Translations under genes and position numbers: made by a program
Source of the DNA: Massilia sp. UYP11
Lineage (GTDB): Bacteria > Pseudomonadota > Gammaproteobacteria > Burkholderiales > Burkholderiaceae_D
Length of the DNA: 15,522 bases
Direction of reading: 5' to 3'
Assembly (NCBI RefSeq): GCF_050434805.1
Contig: NZ_JBNDJE010000036.1
Location: forward strand, 1-15,522
Shown: piece after piece, positions 13,401 to 15,522 of the stretch
How the letters are laid out: every line of letters starts with the position of its first letter
How positions within the stretch are numbered: position 1 is the stretch's first letter
Notes under the pieces: model-generated
The model's database searches: none
Seen by the model: only the letters and a program-made list of their open reading frames with translations
Told to the model about the DNA's origin: nothing

Positions 13401-14432
13401 TTAGCTCGTCACAGCGGAATTCACCACGGATTTATCTTCGAGCAGATCAGGGTGCAACTCGGTAGGGCAAGAATCTTTCTGCGGTATATAGAACGTTACT
13501 TTTCCATTCCTGCGAGCGATTGCAATTGGTAGCCAGGTACCTTCGCTTGGAATCAATTCCTTCAATTCGTCCGGTGAATGCTCAAAGAGAAAAGACGTTA
13601 GGGGCGTCCATGACGCGGCCAGCGAAGTATCAAACAAGGTCTTCAGGTTGCCTTTGTGCCTATTTTGAGCGCGCTGTTGCTCTGAATTTTTTTGTTCCTG
13701 CTCGCACTCAAAATTATCGATTTCGGTTTTGATTTTGTTAAGACCGCCAAGCTCTCTCACCCAATCCCCGAACGTCTTCTCTGTTTGGTCTTCGTTATGT
13801 GCACGGATAAGAACCTTTGCGTCGGCTGAGGCTTGTCTCCGGTCTGACTGGCGAAAAAGCTTCGAGAGTAGGTGGAACTCAGTGGTTTGTTTGTTGCGAC
13901 CTTTCAAGCCATTAGCTTTACATTGCTCATACAGTTCATCCATAAGTATGCTGCTTACTTCTGGTGTCGTGTCGTCAAAGTACGCTCGCCGAACGCCGAG
14001 GATTTTTGCCAACCCGTTAATAGCTTTTTCTTGGACCTTCCCGTGATATTTGTCTATTGTCTCATCAAGGTTTTTTCCTGAGCTATAAATTTCGCTAAGC
14101 TGTTCTCGAAAAAAGGGGAGGACTTTTTCTTTATCAAAAACTGGGCGGGTAAACGTTGAAGTGGTAGATTGGGTTAGGTTCGTTTGGTGTTTCGGTTGAG
14201 CTTGTTGTTCGGATTGCTGCGCGGATTTTATGCCGCTATTGGATTCAGAAAATGCATCGACATCTACCGTGGTCGTCGCATCAATATGGGCGATTTCGTT
14301 CGAAGCAATCGAACCTGATTGATCCATTTCGCGGAATTTAATAACATTCCATTTATTGAACTGATTCAATTTAGCTATGGATGCGTTATTGTCAATATAA
14401 GACGCATTGATTCTGGTGGTTGTTGTCATCAT
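13401..14432 (-). CDS. Hypothetical protein, 343 aa
   Basis: ATGATG at 14427-14432 is preceded by AAGGA (6 nt spacing). A long ORF with ordinary composition. It has an internal Q/S/T-rich low-complexity linker (SAQQSEQQAQPKHQTNLTQSTTST). I recognise no family motif. Confidence 0.75.
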   Translation of the reverse strand: MMTTTTRINASYIDNNASIAKLNQFNKWNVIKFREMDQSGSIASNEIAHIDATTTVDVDAFSESNSGIKSAQQSEQQAQPKHQTNLTQSTTSTFTRPVFDKEKVLPFFREQLSEIYSSGKNLDETIDKYHGKVQEKAINGLAKILGVRRAYFDDTTPEVSSILMDELYEQCKANGLKGRNKQTTEFHLLSKLFRQSDRRQASADAKVLIRAHNEDQTEKTFGDWVRELGGLNKIKTEIDNFECEQEQKNSEQQRAQNRHKGNLKTLFDTSLAASWTPLTSFLFEHSPDELKELIPSEGTWLPIAIARRNGKVTFYIPQKDSCPTELHPDLLEDKSVVNSAVTS

Positions 14433-14474
14433 GAAATCCTTTATGTCGTTGGGTTGGTTTACGTAATGTCGTTC

Positions 14475-14531
14475 ACGCTAGCGTTCTGTGCGTGTGCTGC
14501 TCAACGACAGTGCTATCTTAGGTTCGCTAGC
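14475..14531. promoter_or_regulatory. Two GTTC(A)CGCTAGC sites in the divergent promoter region
   Basis: The 10-bp perfect palindrome ACGCTAGCGT lies at 14475-14484, within GTTCACGCTAGCG. A second site, GGTTCGCTAGCTG, carries the GCTAGC palindrome at 14526-14531, immediately upstream of the extended -10 element. Confidence 0.35.
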
Positions 14532-14540
14532 TGATATAAT
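14532..14540 (+). promoter_or_regulatory. Extended -10 promoter element TGATATAAT for the 311-aa gene
   Basis: Perfect match to TGnTATAAT at 14532-14540, 46 nt upstream of the ATG at 14587. The -35 is weak, as is common for extended -10 promoters. Confidence 0.4.
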
Positions 14541-14586
14541 CTCTAACTACAATTCAGACCACGATTCTGGTTAGTGTTTTTTAGAC

Positions 14587-15522
14587 ATGAATAAAGACCG
14601 AGAAAGCGACCGACTGGCTCGTTTGATGTTGTTAAGCCAACAGAAATACGGGATTTCTGTTCAGGAGGACTGGCGTCACGAGAGCTTTTTTCGGTTTTTA
14701 CAGATAAGTCCCAGCTATCATCTCGCGCACCAAGTAGCAACGGGGGGAGTCCAGGATTTGGCAAATGTCGGGCACGTTCCGCGCGACTTTCTTGACGTGG
14801 TAAAGACTTACGAGGCCTTTGGGGACGTTTGGCAGACTGATTTCTGGAATTGGTGGGTGAAGCGTGCCCAGTATCAGTTTGGTCTGCGGTGCCCGCCGAG
14901 AGTTCATAGGTTTGCAACACTACAGCCCGGTGCTGAGGCGAATCAGCAGAGCTTATACGAGGCGCAAGCTTGCCTTGATCAGTACTTCTCTGCCGATCGA
15001 CTTGCGGAAGGGAAGCCGGGCAGTCTTGTGGTTGCAGTTCCCTTACATGCTGATCGCGCGACAATCTTGCGCGAAGTGTCGAAGCTGATGGACGAGGCTG
15101 AGCATGAAGCGGGACCGGATGCGGATTCTGGGCAGTTCAAATTTCTAGTGAACAAAATTCGTCGGCAGACACTCGATGAGGCGCGACGGGTTGCGTGGGC
15201 CAGAGCGGCTGCGCCGAAGCAGCCCCTGTATGTGATAGGAAATCGAGTAGGGATCGCGGCTGCGTATATCACGGAAGAGGGCGCGAAGGCACCAAAAGAC
15301 AATAGGCGTGATCTGATGGTGATCGTCACAAGTCGGCACCTCAAGCGTGCGCTTGTCTTTTCGGAAAACGCAGCGCGCGGAAGATTTCCTTGTTCTGACG
15401 AGGTGGATAGTATCGCTTTCGATTTCAATAAGCTACGGTCCACCATCATTGCCTACCGAAACTGGATAAAGGCGGAGCTTGCTCGCCTTAAGGCCACCTC
15501 GAATAACCCGCTCTCGGCGTGA
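14587..15522 (+). CDS. Hypothetical protein, 311 aa (its stop codon is the last triplet of the window)
   Basis: A long ORF with protein-like composition (FFRFLQISPSYHLAHQ, DVWQTDFWNWWVKRAQYQFG). There is no clear SD. The overlapping antisense ORFs are R/P/S-rich shadows. I recognise no family. Confidence 0.7.
   Translation: MNKDRESDRLARLMLLSQQKYGISVQEDWRHESFFRFLQISPSYHLAHQVATGGVQDLANVGHVPRDFLDVVKTYEAFGDVWQTDFWNWWVKRAQYQFGLRCPPRVHRFATLQPGAEANQQSLYEAQACLDQYFSADRLAEGKPGSLVVAVPLHADRATILREVSKLMDEAEHEAGPDADSGQFKFLVNKIRRQTLDEARRVAWARAAAPKQPLYVIGNRVGIAAAYITEEGAKAPKDNRRDLMVIVTSRHLKRALVFSENAARGRFPCSDEVDSIAFDFNKLRSTIIAYRNWIKAELARLKATSNNPLSA

Overview
This 15.5-kb window looks like a mosaic accessory (genomic-island-like) segment.

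Core, 1052-10538: a restriction-modification-like defence cassette.
- DNA cytosine-5 methyltransferase (8473-10026, minus strand).
- A divergently transcribed Vsr very-short-patch-repair endonuclease (10062-10538, plus strand).
- Four tightly coupled minus-strand genes, starting 250 bp downstream of the methylase: a GHKL (MutL/MORC-like) ATPase (6743-8221), a Z1-domain SF2-type ATPase (4083-6746), a PD-(D/E)XK motif protein (3119-4108) and an AIPR abortive-infection-type protein (1052-3118).
- No classical Type I/II/III restriction or specificity subunit is present.
- As far as I know, this gene combination has only been predicted computationally (MORC-like GHKL ATPases in R-M operons) and has not been dissected mechanistically. 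It is the best candidate for the interesting system here.

Left flank:
- Two small minus-strand ORFs. One encodes five tandem 17-aa repeats whose DNA has diverged almost entirely at synonymous sites.
- The end of an IS3-family insertion sequence.

Right flank:
- A 147-aa conserved-looking hypothetical gene bracketed by a 13-bp direct repeat.
- A ~1.07-kb region with no convincing ORF.
- A catalytic-domain-only (FimB/FimE-sized) tyrosine recombinase.
- A small AT-rich gene broken by an 8-bp tandem duplication.
- A divergent pair of orphan genes (343 aa and 311 aa).

I found no rRNA, tRNA or CRISPR array. All family assignments rest on motifs read by eye and on recalled family signatures. None has been verified by a search.
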